Source of the DNA: Marsupella aquatica
Taxonomy: Eukaryota; Plantae; Marchantiophyta
Length of the DNA stretch: 64,000 nucleotides
Direction: 5' to 3'
NCBI GenBank assembly: GCA_973895155.1
Contig: OZ316895.1
Location: 1,362,435-1,426,434, forward strand
Part shown: one piece after another, positions 1 through 14,080 of the stretch
Numbering within the stretch: position 1 is the stretch's first letter
Layout of the letters: every line of letters begins with the position of its first letter
Notes under the pieces: model-generated
The model's database searches: none
Told to the model about the DNA's origin: nothing
Seen by the model: the letters and a program-made list of their open reading frames with translations, nothing else
Made by a program: the position numbers and the translations under genes

Positions 1-766
1 TACAGGGATGTAAGACTGTAATGTGTAGGTACCGCTCGTAATTACAGGGATGTAATACAATTCTGTGTAGGTCCCTCTTGCAAATTACAACACTGTACAG
101 TAGTAACAGAAACGCACTACTGTAATGTGTAATGTGTAGGTCCCGTAGGGAGAGACAGGATTGGAGTTCATGGGTGGACAGAAACGGACTGTAGACGAGA
201 AGTGGAGAAGAGAGTGAGCATCTCTTCGCCCAATCTCTTGATCGTCGTCCATGATTATCTAGAGGTGGGACACAGAATCGGAGCTCAAGGGTGGACGGGG
301 AGAGACGACTTGAAGTGAGGGACAGACAGAGCATTTGTGCTCTGAGGCAATTGTGTAGGGACAGAGAGAGCTATGGCGCTGTGGGAGGTCACGGTGGTGA
401 CTGCGGACGTGCTCGGCCTGAAGCGAACCTACCGCTAATTACCTCTGTAGGCGTAGAAAGGAATTCGGGGGAACCAGTATTCTAAAATCCTAGATTTAAA
501 TGAGCGGTTGGGGTACAGGGTCAGCCTTGACGGCTCGCTTCTGTGATGTGTACCTGCTTATTTTGTAATTCTTCTCATTGAACACAGAGCAAAATTTGGA
601 TTTGAATTGATATGCAGAGTGGAGGACTCTGGGAAAATGATTTGCATCTCACTTGATATGTCTGTTGGAAAGCCGAGCAACAACGGTCAGGTCTAGAATC
701 CTTAGCTAGTTTGCCCACATTTTTTCCAAAAAAGGCCAGGTTGGCTATTACTGATAGTTTGGCAAG

Positions 767-3700
767 ATGAAGCTTGTCCGTGATCACCTCTTTATTGGTA
801 ACATCACTGATGCCAATGCGGTTTTCCAGTCTTCTGAGCTCAAAGTCACGCACATGCTCTCACTTCTTTCAAACCAAGTTCTGTCTCAGCCAAACCCCAA
901 GCCCGGAGATCCTTATGCTTTACTGACGATTAGCGCCGGGGCTCATAACCCCCCCACCAGCAAGCCTGTCGAAAAGCCCACCCCAGAGTCACGCGGGGGA
1001 ACAACGGAGGAGAGGCAGAACGCAGGAGGACGAGAGTTTGTCCGCATGACAGTGCCTTTGCGAGATATGGAATCAGAGAACTTGCTGGATCATCTGGAGG
1101 CCTGTCTGGAGTTTATTGAGGAAGGGAGGAAGAAAGGAGATGTCCTGGTTCACTGTTTGGCTGGTGTCTCGCGCAGGTAAGTCGTCGCGATCTCGGAAAC
1201 ATCTCAATTCTGTAAATTTAAGTCTGTGGGGACCTTTGGAATCTTGAGCAGTCGGGATTCGCAGTCGGAATGGCGGAAAGGGCAGTCACCTCCTCACGCA
1301 GTAAATGGATAGACAAACCACCTGTCGGACTGTGCGCTTGAATGATGACAGGGTTCAGTGAATAATTATTCAGTGATTTGCCGAGTTCGGTAGGCTTGAA
1401 TCTGCCAGGGACTAACTGCTCGAGTGATTGCTTCTTAATCGTAAACAGATTGAACTGGGACCAAAAATTCTTATGTTTGTCCTGCTTTTGTGAGATCAAT
1501 GCACTAATGACCACAAGCAAGACACAGAGCAACTGATAGTTTGATATGGAGGTTTTGTGGGATTTTGGGCTAAGGACGTAATTGTTTCATATAATATCTT
1601 GCTTGTCGTCATTAGATTCAAGCGGTGTATATCGGATTCCACCGTGGTTGTTCTTGAGAGCTTCAGAACCTTGTTCTTTTCTCTTGTCCCCGTCCTCGAT
1701 AGACACAACCGTCACTTTTCCTGTAGACCACCTTAGCTTCAAAACTAGTACCAACTACGGACAATGCCTGGTTGGATTGTAACTGATTCTTAACTTTCTC
1801 CCGGGTCATTGCAGCGCGGCCGTGATTACAGCGTATCTTATGCGAATTGAAAAACTTTATGTAGATGGTATGAACTCTTTCGTCAAACATCCAAATTATG
1901 ACTTGAATGACCTCTTGTAACGTGCGGTAGGCCCTAAGAATTACACCCTTAGCACAGCTGAACTCAATTTCAGCGGCTGGTGGACAAAGGAATTTGTAAG
2001 CTCTATCCAGTTTTGCGATGGTGCCACTACTACCCAATCGAGTAGAGTTTTGATGCTGAGGCTAGACTTTACACCTGAACTTAAGCACCTGTCCGCGACT
2101 TCTAATCAACCTTACGTCAACTTCTGAAACACTGAAATCAGAACTTTGTAGCTCCCTGTTTGACTTCGTCTCCTGCTTTTGCTCTCTACTTGAGCTGATT
2201 TATTACCAGCGATTCTTGGATGTTATTATTGATCCCATTGTCCGATTTTTTTCTGTCAATATATCTATTATTCATGCTCTGATTTTAGATGTTCCTCTGT
2301 GACAGACGCGCTGGCATCTCTTCGAGAAGGAAGTCCACACGTTTGCCCAAATGAGGGGTTCATGGAACAGGTATAGCCTCGGAGGACTAAACAGGTTGTA
2401 TCTTCAAATTTTGTTATCCGTTTAGGACTGGGGAGTTCAATGTTGGGACGATTTAGGCCTAATGTGTTCTTCATCCAAGAATGCTTTTCCATCCATGTAA
2501 TGCAATCAAAGACTACAACGGCATGTTATGAAAGAAAAAACTAGGTGATTTTGCACGTGAGAAACACTGGTGATATTGCATGTGAATAAGCTTTCTGGGT
2601 ATAGACAGTCAAGGTGAAGATTTAGACGAAGCTCACTGTTACAATTCATTTTAGAGAATGGGTGACATCTTCCTCTGGTTGTTCTATTATTCTCTCATCT
2701 CCTGTCTCATCTGTGTGCAGTTAAAGATGTTCGAAGAGATGGGTTTCAAGGTTGATCACGGTAGTCCCATATATAAACAGTTTCATGTTACAAATCTAGG
2801 TATGTCCTTCCTTGTGCTCAACTACAGTATTTGTCTCCTTTCGCGACGACAACTACCCGGTGACTCCGTTATAGCCTGTGAAATGTGAACGAATAGATGG
2901 GAGTCTAATTGTGGCTCTGGAAGAGAGTGGGGTGTGGGCGTGATGAGTATATGTCGCTCTTTCAGGTCTTCTTCCCTCTTGTCCTTGCATCCAGAGTATT
3001 CAAGTTCTGCGCCCCCCACCCCCTGTTAATGCCTCCTTTTCGATCACTTTCGTTTGCTTCTGTCAGCCAGCGCAGGACATACTACTAGTTTGAGGCGGTC
3101 ATCCTTTAAGAACCATGTCTACAATTTTGTTGGAGGAACTAGTTTGAGGCGGCTATGTTCTATGACCCATGTCTACAATGTTGTTGGACCAACTAAGGTT
3201 AGTCTGGAACCAAGATGAGAGCTAGTTTGGGCAAGGTTGAAGCCGACATTTCAAAACCTTTTTAATGCCACCTGTTGCTTTCTTGTCGAAGCCTGCATAG
3301 TTTCATCACTTAAATTCAACGGATTAACGAACACTTTCACTGGACGAGTTTGGTGAGCGGGTCACTGGGATTTTAACGTATGGCATTATCTTCTATGTGG
3401 CATAATTCATGCTCATGTGCTTTTGAGTGAGGCCCACAGATCACAGAATCTTGGAAGAAATTATATTGAGCTCATTGAAGAAGCATGCTTCAACATGAGA
3501 ACTTTTAATTTTGATTTATCATCGTGGTGCATGCTTATGAGGCTATTTGAACATATCCGTCTGTTCTTTGGCCTGTTATCTCAGGTGATGCTTATCGGAA
3601 AGGTGAAAAGATCGAAAGCTCAAGATTTGCCTTGGATCCTGGAGCCGATAGTATATCTCTGGCGGAGAGTATTGGGTCCCAAATGAAGCTTCTTGAAGAA

Positions 3701-4251
3701 AACAGAGTGGCATTTTTATACCGTTGCAGAAAATGCCGGAGGCTTGTGGCCTCTCAAAGTAATGTTATTTCACATAGCTCTGGCGTGGAAGAGCCTCTAT
3801 TTAGATCAAAGAGGAGAAGCGGGGGACGGGGTCATGATGATGATTATGGGGAGCCGAAGTGTTCATCAATTTTTGTGGAACCTATGCAATGGATGACATC
3901 AGGTGCCCTTTTCACCAATTCATCTTGTAATCGTATCAGTGTTGTTCATGAAGGCTAGTCAGAGCTCTGTAGCACTTCCCTGTAGCGAAGAGAAAGCTTC
4001 AGGTCATTAACCTGGACATTGTCAGTCCACAAGATGACTGATTGCATAACCGAGTACCCATGATGCCATTCTGAATGTCGGGTTGGATGTTTGCAGGTAT
4101 CCAAGGGGATGTGGAGGGAAAGCTATTCTGTGTTAGTTGTCAAGCACGACTTGGAAACTTTCACTGGGCAGGTCTTCAGTGCAGTTGTGGAGCATGGGTC
4201 AATCCTGCATTCCAGCTTCACAAGAGCCGTATGGATTTGACATGGACGTGA
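767..4251 (+). CDS. DUSP12: Dual-specificity protein phosphatase 12 / YVH1-like with C-terminal Zn-binding domain; exons 767-1176, 1815-1867, 2306-2370, 2721-2799, 3585-3902, 4097-4251
   Basis: Catalytic loop VHCLAGVSR|SAAVITAYLM spans a GT-AG intron; CPNEGFMEQL motif; Zn domain YRCRKCRR...CSSIFVEPMQWM...EGKLFCVSCQARLGNFHWAGLQCSCGAWVNPAFQLHKSRMD. All six exons join in frame at GT-AG sites. Confidence 0.93.
3084..3195. repeat. Intronic 54-bp imperfect tandem duplication
   Basis: ACTAGTTTGAGGCGG...CCATGTCTACAAT.TTGTTGGA starts at 3084 and again at 3138. Confidence 0.75.
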
Positions 4252-5836
4252 CAACTGATGAGACAATGACGGCTGTAAGTTTTATCTTCTTTACGATTGC
4301 CGTTTAGTTGTGCGATCATGTATTTCTCGACTCCGACCCTGAAGTATCTTTCTTGTCTTACCAACCCGGTTCTGTCTACTTGTTCAGGGCTAGCTCTCAT
4401 GTTGCTGTGAGGATGAAAGCAGAAAGAGCCTGCAAACTGGCGTAGATGACATCGCTTGAATTTAGCACTCTTTCGGTGCAATGGATGTACGTCGTAAAAA
4501 GGTTACTCTTGGTTATTCTGCAGCACTTTCAATATTACATTGGATTTCAAAATGGGCTAGAGATGGCCAGGTTTTCAAACCAATGCAAACTTTTAGTCAG
4601 ATTCAATTTTGATACTGGACCTGAGGTGACTGATCATGTTGTTTATTTCAATGAGTGAACGCAATGATCAAGGGAACTTTGTTCATTATATCTGGCCGTA
4701 TGATTACAAATTTGCGATCAATTTGCTAAATTTTATTTAGATTTTGCTACAAGTGATTTTAACTGCTTAGGAAACTTTTGAACTAAATCCCTTAATAGTA
4801 TCGGATTTAAAATGAAGGCATCCACATTTATGTCTGCCCAAATAATCCACCGGACTTTCGTATGCTCAATGACGACATGGAGGCTAGGATATACGGCTTG
4901 TGTCCATGATTTCAAGCTTCCAATTCGAACAGAACATGAATAAAACATGGAACATGGAACATCTGAAATGTGTGAACCACCCTTAGACGAAGTTTCCTTC
5001 GTCTCGGAATTGATTTGTCTAAATACCAAGAAATTTCTCAATCAAGGATATGATGTTGATATGGCCCAAACTTTAAGGGATTCTAACGCAAACAAAGATC
5101 CGAATGATTTTAAGACACGTGTTGTGCAATCTTGGGGTATCGTTCTACTTGGAGTTTAAGCCACTTAATGTGCTCAACTACAGAGTAGACTAGGATCGGC
5201 TCTAACGGAGATACTCTTTCACCACTTCATGTCCCAGATTGAGCCCAATACGTTTTTCAAGACATTCTGTGTGCATTTTTATCGTTGAGATGATGAAAGG
5301 CCCCAAGCTTTATCACCCATAAAAACTTGGACCAAATATCAATACTTCTCAAAGGAGAACATCAAACGCCTCCTGGATGGAATGTGCCACTCGGATCCAA
5401 CCCACCTTTCCGGCGATGCATCTGGTATTAGTGAAGCTCAGGTTGTTGAGCGAGCGGTATCAAATGGCGTAAATTTGAAAATGTTCCAAATTGTTTCTTC
5501 TTGCCTTCGGTTATCAACATCCATAGTGGAGAACGAGTCATCAATTCACCACTGCGGGTAAACATCACTAGAGAACATCTCAACAGTCCTGTCACTTCAA
5601 TTGTGGAATAAATTGCATGGCCATTCTTCAGCTGTTGTTGATTCCCCCAATGAGAGGAAGAAAACACTTCCACCGCTACAGTAATGTACGCACTACATGT
5701 AGAATCGACACAAAAAGTAGATTGTAAACTTTAACCTGTCACCGCAGCTAGAATTTTTCTGGGCGACGACATCTTAACATGGACAGAAATCGTCCGCCAT
5801 GCGAATCAATAGTTAAATCTAGAAATGATGCATGGC

Positions 5837-8800
5837 TCATTGTGAAAGGTAACTTCGTAGGTAATCCATCCTTGTTGGGTGTTTCATCTTCATCAACGCG
5901 CATGCTTCATATTTTCGAACCATCTCCCGAGAGAGGCCTAGAGTCTGGCCGATTTCTCCCAATGTTCTCTCGCCTTGTCCGTCTAGTCCAAATCGTTGTC
6001 GTAACACCAGTCCTTCCCTAGGCTTTAAAGAATCCAGCTGCTCATCAATACCCACAGAGAAGTCCCATCATCAGTAATGATATAATCCAAGGCTCATACT
6101 GCTTCTAGAAGAACGTCAGGGGTTTACCCAAGCAGAGCTATTGGTGGATGGAAATAGGTGCAGTCAAAAACGAGCTTTCAGGTGAAACCATAATTTGAGA
6201 GCATTAGATTGGACCGTCTGAGATAAAGTAAAACTCACCACATCAGCGACCCCGAATCTTAGAGAACCATCATCTCCTGAACGACTTTCACCCACTCGTT
6301 CAGCGTCCGACTTATCTGCAACAGTTTCGACCAATTCTTCTCCCGTCACCTCCGACTTTCTATTCATTGATCCCGTGCGCGCACTCGAGTTAACAATATC
6401 ACGAAACCTGTCTGCTACCAGTCCCAGACGCTCCATCACTTCTTCGTCAGTGGGTGCCCTCTCCAGCTCCACCAGAAGGTCCAGTCTTGCCCTTTTGATA
6501 TTCAATTTATGCTGTTCAAGCGGGAATGTCACCTCAATAAATCAGCCATTACTTAAAACGAAGAATACAAGTAATCGTTCAGGACGACGATGTGGTCAAC
6601 ATTCACCACTACACTTCAATAGATTGACAGAGCAGAAGACAGTATTAAGGTCTTCTCAATTAAATCGATTATTGTCAGTCCCAGAAATTTTCTGTTTTAG
6701 AAAGTCCACAACAGAATTAAACGCTGAGTGCATTGAACCCACATTGGAAACTTTTCACTGGAACAAGACTGCTTCCATGACAAGAATTTTTCAATAGAAT
6801 CCGAATCTCATCAATCAATTCAATCAATCCACCGGACACAATCAAGTGACTTAAAAAACTGGAATGATAGTGCTATCTTCGTATGAATATTCTCGTGACG
6901 AAGGAACAGTGTGTCGCCAGTTGCCACATCATCCATAGCTCTCGGTGCAATTACTTCAGCTGAATTAGGTCCAAGTTATTAATCCCACCAAGATTTGTAT
7001 GGGCTGTTATTGAGATTGGATTTTGGTTCATCGACATTTAAAAATTCCAAGACTACCAAATTTTGAGAACTAAATTTTGAGAACTAAATTTTGAGTACCA
7101 AATTACCCCCCAGTAGAAGATAGTTCGCTTGATTTCCATATGTCTTTTCAATGTCATCTTAAATTCCACAGATCTGAAATTTGGGTGAAGTAATGAGAGT
7201 ACTAGATCCCAACTGGAAATCAGGCAAGCAAATTGACGAGGGGAGGTCGTGAGAGATGTACCATAGCCACGTTGTACGGTGATCGCAGACTGCTGCCGCT
7301 CCTAGTTTGTGCTCTTAGAATGGAATTGCGAACCCAGTACACAGCATACGTAGAGAACCTATGTCCCCTCTTGGGATCAAACTTGGCAACTCCGTGAAGA
7401 AGGCCCGAGACACCTTCTTGGCATAAATCGAAAAGCGACAAGCACGAATTCTCTCTGTTGTACTTGTTTGCCTGAGAAAGTACCAGTCGTAAATTGTGCT
7501 GAAACATTTCCAACAGAAAGTGACATATTTTTAGTCCCGCCGAAGTAATACATGCAGCTGGCAAATGTGGAACGAGAGGGGACGTACAACGAAAGAAGAA
7601 TTCGAATCATATCTTCTTAAAACATTCAGCCACAACAGCTGGTCACCGTGTCAAATAATGAGAGTAGGGGAGGGGAGGATTCACAAGCTCCCTCACCTGA
7701 ATCAACTTGTTCCTGGCAGCTTTTCCTATATGAAGGTGACGACGCAATGTGTGCACATCCATTTGTGCGGCTGCAGCCCATTCTTCGTCTGACGGGTCTC
7801 TCCCTAGTTCCCCGAACAAGGATTTGCGCAACTTCTCGAATGTCTGCAAGGCGAACAAGTAGCCCGATCTTAAGAAGTGACTACGAAACAAGAATGTTCT
7901 ACAAATCCCCATAAATTCCATAAACCGTTCCAGTCCGCCTCACAGTTGTGGACAATGCTAATGGCATGCCCTACAATAATGGCATCATACTGGGTTTACA
8001 CCGTGTCTACCCACTTCTAAGCTAAGCACCGTCGTGTTGAACAACACGCACTATGGAATTGCTCGACCTCTCTGTGGACTCCTGATCTTTCACTTCATTC
8101 GAATAGTAGAGTGATGGAGAATGGTGCAAGGACAATTGATTACCAAGTAGCCTGTTCCACAGTTAATGTTAACTGTATTAACCACAAGGTTTGGTTAAAT
8201 CCTGATAATACGCCGATCACAATTGCCGACCTATCCTGCAGGGGAACTAGGAAATCAATTAAGACCCACGCGAGAACCGTGAGGAAGCAGAAGGAGGAGA
8301 ATGGGTTGCTCTGGCACCTTCATAAGGAAATGGGAAGGGGAATTGGCACGAAGTCTATCTTCCTCACATGCGAATTGATTACTGAAGAAACCGACATTTT
8401 TGCCCCATACTCTTCTTGCTAAGGGTAAGACAACTAGATTAGAAATGGGAAGGGAATTGTCACGAAGTCTATCTCCCAGACATGCGAATTGATTATTAAG
8501 GAAACCGACATTTTTGCCCCATACTCTTCGTGCTAATGGTAAAAAAATTGGATTAGCATTTGCTTTAGAAATCCCAAACTCCATTTGCTTTAGAAATCCC
8601 AAACTCCACCAGGACGTAGCTATATGAATCACATCTGTTAGTCGCAAAGCGCTTGAACTAGAGCTTCCGATTCACATAATTAAATATTAAAAATTGTGTG
8701 AGAGGAAGCGAAACTCTCTGTAAGGAGTAATACCGATAGCTCGGAAGCCCTACCTTCATAGGCTTCATGAGAATGGCAAGCTCGGACTCCTCTTCAGCTG

Positions 8801-9827
8801 AGAGAAGGCCCCGCTTCAAGTTATCCCAATCAACGACCCCCAATTCGAGAGCCATTCCATGTTTGGCAATAAGATTGTCCGCCTCCTCGGACCAGACGTC
8901 CTGTGCTGCCTTCCCTATTGTAGTGCAGGCATCATTCACCTGTAGCGACCTATCCTGCCTTCTCTTCCGAAGAGCAATTCTAGAAAGGAGATTTAGCCGG
9001 CACTTCCCCTCGCCCACCCTTCTCTTCACTACCACAGACGGCACAGAGCGCACGATGAATCCGTCCTTCGTCGTCTGAGGGGAGATTATCGATGGGGCCT
9101 GTTGCTGCTGTTCCGAATGCAAGTAGTCCACAGCACTTGCTCTCGGCGGCCTTCCTCTTCTCTTCCTAACACTCGACATGGTTGGAGAGCTACAAGAAGC
9201 GCCCACCACCTCCGCTGCACCACCGCTGCCCATTTCCCCCACAAGTCTCGTTTGCGCTTCCAGGTCCTTGAGAATGTTCTCGTAGTCCAATTCATTGGTC
9301 GTGGCGTCCTTATGGTACGCACTCTCTAACGCTTCAGCGATCCTCTGCAACTCAGCAGTAGACGAATCTAAAACCTCTCCACCAGGAGCAACAGCTGTGC
9401 TCTTCCTCTTCCGTCTCGGTGCATCTCTCGTCCTAGATCTCCTCCGCGGTTGTGGCTTTTGGATACCATGATCATCCACCAGGTTGTCTACTTCACTCAC
9501 CTGCACGCAGCTGTGGTCAGCAGCTGTAGGTGGAGATGATACAGCGGTCAGGGATGCTGCTGCTGATACTATGGTCGAGGATCTAATTCCTCTTTTGCTG
9601 GACGAGGGCCTCTTTGGCCTGAGAGCCCTGAGGCAGACCCTGGGAAGGCGGTCGATGACAATTGTGGGCAGCAATACCGGTAGTCCAGAACCCCCGCTCA
9701 CTGCTTCTCCGTTGAACCTACCGCTGCTACTGTTGACAACAAACGAGGACGAGATCGAGGGGCAGCTGTGAGGATGGGTGCTGGAGGCGCGGCTGACTCC
9801 CACTCGTCCGGCTCCAATTCTTTCCAT
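5837..9827 (-). CDS. SIG5: Nuclear-encoded plastid RNA polymerase sigma factor, SIG5/SigE type; exons 9827-8754, 7843-7697, 7498-7262, 6511-6239, 6037-5837
   Basis: Region 1.2 [11 protein letters not shown]; region 2 ARNKLIQ|HNLRLV...[10 protein letters not shown]...[19 protein letters not shown]; region 4 [30 protein letters not shown]...[22 protein letters not shown] matches the SIG5 C-terminus. Ser/Arg-rich transit-peptide-like N-terminus. First in-frame ATG is 9827 (track start 9887 is TTG). Confidence 0.9.
8328..8608. repeat. Tandem duplications in SIG5 intron 1 (~115 bp x2, then 25 bp x2)
   Basis: AAATGGGAAGGG...GAAACCGACATTTTTGCCCCATACTCTTC at 8328 and 8443; CATTTGCTTTAGAAATCCCAAACTC x2 at 8557-8606. 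Confidence 0.8.
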
Positions 9828-11386
9828 TCCCTTAATTGGAACCGAATTCACGATTCTCTGGAGATCCACAGGTGTACACCCCTTCAAAGCCTACTGATGC
9901 ACCAGCGACAATGCCTCTGGCGTAGAATCCCCCCAAATTTCTCCTCGCCTGAAATTTTGGTCGGCTGAAACCACAGGGATCTCGAGAGAGTTGGACAATG
10001 GATCCCCCAATAACTTCCTTTAATCACTGTAAATGATCGACTGAACCGCAGATACCTCGAGCGTGATTGGAAATTGAGCCCCTAATTCGAACAGTCAGTG
10101 CGTGCTCGTGTTCCAAATCACAGCAAGTACAAACTAAAGGTGAGCGAAGATTTCCATCGCCTTTGAACAGACGGGGTTCAAGAGGACCAGAGTGGTTAGG
10201 ACCAGATTTCACCACTCCAAAAGGTTCTACTGAATAGACGATCTCACAAGAGGCACGTCTCGGATTTTGTGGAGGGAAGCCACAGACCGTTCGCAATATC
10301 GATTCATATCATCCCAACACCATCCAGAACACGAGAAATTGATTGGGCCGACGAGACGAGACAGGCACTGGTGGCGGAAGGGACGCCGAATGCTTCTGGT
10401 ACAAGCAAATCACAAGCAGCGTTCTGGTAATACACAGACAGCTGGTTGGCTCTGGCTGCTGTTTGAATCTGGCTGGTGTCCCACCGCGTACCCAATTACT
10501 GTACTACAGAATCGAATGGCAATTTCGTCAAGAGCAACAGCACAAATTCCGATCGCTCCTGGGGCACCCACCTTCTGCCCGCGGGCAGGAAGAAATGGGA
10601 ATTTCTAGAATCGACGGCTAAAGTTCCGATTCACACTTTTCAGGGACATTTGGCTGTTGATCTTTCTCTACTGCATCTGCCATGAAGATCCCTTCAAGGT
10701 GCATCAGGAACCACAACTCGCAGGTGCCCTCGACTCAGACACTGACCGACGTCATCTGGAGTCGTGGCGACACCTCGAGAGGAGCAAACAGTCAAACCTG
10801 GAGTGGACACACTGGCGTGGTCGTGGATTTGGGACTCCATGTCCACCGATCTAGACCATCTGATCTTCAGATAAGCCAATACTTCTCCTGTAAGTTACGA
10901 AACTTTTAATTCTGAGAACTTGGAGAACTGAGAGGCAGTTTTGTAGCTATCGATAATTATGACAGCCGCCTGAAATCGAGCATGTCACCACGAAAATGAG
11001 ATTCAGGGCCTCTGTAGTCGGTGTGGGCCCATGATCTCGCTCTGGGCACTTTCGTGTCCTGACCAAGACATTGAGGATTTGAGGATGCGCATCTGGTTCC
11101 TGCTCTACAGGAGACACGTAGGTGAAAAGCCTTAGAACCACACACTAGTGGCCACATGCTTTAACGAGGAAAAAGGTGTTTTGCTCTGTTGCTCTGTAGA
11201 TTTCAACTGACTGGGAATTGGACATCCGCTCTATAAGAAATTTTACCCTTTCCTAAGAACGTGCTAGAAAGCTGCTACAGTAGATTGCGCATACCAGCCA
11301 AATTAAAAGTTGCCATGACCACCTGAGTGAATTACAGATCCCTTTAATTACAACAACTGTTGTTAACAACTGCTGGTGTTCCAATC

Positions 11387-11729
11387 TGAGGTATTTTGTG
11401 AACCGTATATACAAGAGGCAAACTACCTCATAATATTTTGTGAACCGTATATACAAGAGGCAAAATACCTCATAATATTTTGTGAACCATATATACAAGA
11501 GGCAAAATACCTCATAATGGAATGAGCAGGCATCGTTAGCTTCACACTAAAGGTGTTTAGGTGAATTAAACACTGACATATCCATTGACTAATGCCTAAC
11601 ATGCTTGGATATAAGATTTGAACATAACTAAGTGTGTTCCACTATGAGGTATTTTGTCAACCTTACACAGGAGGCAAAATACCTCATAATGGAATGAGCA
11701 GGCATCCTTAGCTTCACCTTAAAGGTGTT
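11387..11729. repeat. 42-bp tandem repeat (x3) plus a downstream duplicated block containing a 14-bp-stem hairpin
   Basis: TATTTTGTGAACC.TATATACAAGAGGCAAA.TACCTCATAA x3 (11392-11517); related copy at 11643-11729 with TATGAGGTATTTTG/CAAAATACCTCATA inverted repeat. Confidence 0.85.
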
Positions 11730-12710
11730 TTAAATAGATCTTAAATAGATCCATTGACTGTTGCATGCAGTGTGTATGAAACACAGTCAAATTGTGAAAT
11801 GTAATTATGGCTAAAAGTGATAGGATGACAATAGCCTAAAGCCCTAAAAGTGAAAAATCACCAAAAAAAACCCTTTAGGGGTGAGAGGTTAAGGTCCTAT
11901 CCCTCCAGCAAAGGACCCAGTGCTGGATGCTCCCATGTACATGCATGGAAAGTGAGAATGTAGCTGTTGAATTTGAGCTGCGCATGTTGCCGTCAATCTG
12001 ACTAAGAATTTCTTCCATGAAATTCACTCATGAAAACAGGTCCAGAGTTTTTTAGCAAAGAGATTCTACACGGATTTGAACTTGAAATGCAACTTGGTGC
12101 CTTCGCATCAACAAATACCATATTACCTGAAGTTTGAGAAATTCTCACCAGGTGTCCAGATGTTGTACTCTCCTTAGCAACTGTCTTACAATGGCATGAG
12201 CAAGTGATGGTGTCCATCTTCAGGAGCAGCTCGATTATGAAAGACATCCTAATCCAATTCCAAATGCATCGGCATCAAAATGGTACCGAAACATGTGTAA
12301 GTTGGTTTTTGGGATATTCTCTTGACATACCTTACACTGTGTTCTAAAGGAGACACATTAGGACATCTCCATTGGTTGATTTCTATTGTATTGAAAAGTA
12401 CAGCCAGAGCACTGTAGCTTCCTTAAGTGCTACTCAATGGATACCAAACCTTTCTCCATAGCAAAGAACTGAAGAGATCAACTTGAAGATTGGCTACTTC
12501 TTCCAACTAAAATGGAAGGAAATGGTACAAGGTGCCCTCATATCACCTGTGACGGCCCCGGTGAAGGCACCATGAAATGGTAATATATCCAGTTGGCCAT
12601 GAACTGTCTATAGGATAATGATAGTTTAATTTGGACCTAGTGAAATATAGGTAATGATAGTCTAGGTACAAGGTTACTATGCTGTAAGGGTAACTAGGAT
12701 GTAACCTTGT

Positions 12711-13036
12711 TGTTGAGCAAAGACGACAGTCACAACGGCAAGCCCATGATCATCCAACGCACAAGTAGTCAAAACATATATATATAGCTCATTGAGTCTA
12801 CGTCCATGGGAACACACAAGAGCTTTATTGCACTCTAACCATAGGCCATACCGAGTCTCCGCAATACAAGATCTCTCTTATCTCTCAACTGGCTCCGTAA
12901 CACTGAGGTCCTCCTATCCAAGCAAACATTGCTTGGGATCTCGTGTGCAAATGACTAACCTAACCAAGTCCGCAACTAAGATTAGCCCTGTTGCAATTAT
13001 AGTCGTAACCTTAGACTTAAGAGTAAATGCCTAACA
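12711..13036 (-). mobile_element. Solo LTR related to the Copia LTR at 42330
   Basis: TGTTGAGCA...CTAACA ends; 5-bp TSD CTTGT (12706-12710/13037-13041); shares AACGGCAAGCCCATGA.CATCCAACGCACAAG and TCTCTCAACT.GCTCCGTAAC with the 42330 LTR. Confidence 0.88.
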
Positions 13037-14080
13037 CTTGTGACCAGAAAGTAAGAAAAGCTAAACGGCGGTAGCCAGGAAGCTATGAGCATTTTAGGAG
13101 CAGGATTGAACCTAGAGCCCCATCCCAAGCAGTAATTATAGTACACAAATAGGTGCGAGAAAAATTTAACAATCGTAACTTTCAGGGCAGGAGAATACAG
13201 AAATAATAGGGTCCTCCAAAAATATGGTTACATACAGGTAACCATTCCTGTGTACCAATTTTACCAAGTTTGCCAACTGCTGGAAGTTAGATTGGATTGG
13301 AATCTCCATGAGTGAAGTCTCAATATAAGCCTCTCTTGACCTGCAGCCCCATGTGCAAAGTCAACACTCTAGAGGATGACCTTATGTGACCAGTGGATAT
13401 ATATATATGAACTGCTCTGTACAGTACTTGTATGTGATGTTGGACCAAAAGTTGGATGGCACACTAGTTCTTTACAATGGTGAACATAACGACATCAAAA
13501 TCTTTGGATGGTCTAGATTCAAGTAGATGACTACACAATTTTTTCTTTGTTTTCACAAAAAAAAAATTCACCATAAAGTTTGAAGACAAAATATTTAAGC
13601 AAGTCCTTAGTGCTCAGTATGGAAACCAAAGGAGGATTTTGCATGGTTGCTACAAGCATACTCCTAATCTGCACCCAGGCCTTGATTTCAGCAAATTTGT
13701 TGACTATATTTTCTTGCAAATCATTACTAAGCTTTTTTTCATTAAGGGCTTCTTTTTATTTCTTAAATCTTAAGTCCAACCCAAAGTTGAATCACAGGAA
13801 ATGCAAAGAATAACTCCTGTTCCATCAAACTTTAGAGCTATTTTAACACAACACTTCAAAGCACTTTACAATGCTTGATGGTTGCATTATTTAACCTATT
13901 AGGCAAATGAACATGATTTCTATACAAGCTTGTTACCATCATCCTCTTGTGTTGTTGTAGAGTTTGTATTCCAAAGGTAAAAGGCATTCATGTGGAGGCT
14001 ATAGTTTTGCAACCAGTTGAATGCATCCAGAGACTGAATAAGAATAGCTTAGGGGGTGGACCCATGCAAGAGTCAAGTGA

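Noticed and set aside
4733-5430. Possible decayed LINE fragment between the convergent genes
   Set aside because: Only a KGGL-like hint amid many stops; cannot be supported without a search.
5837-9887. Sigma-70 factor as evidence of bacterial DNA or recent HGT
   Set aside because: It has spliceosomal introns and a transit-peptide-like N-terminus, as expected for the plant nuclear SIG5 gene.
11392-11517. 42-bp repeats as a CRISPR array, and ORF 11253-11498
   Set aside because: No spacers; the repeated peptide simply reflects the 42-bp unit length.
11900-12600. Possible decayed coding fragment
   Set aside because: Interrupted frames with no family I can recognise.
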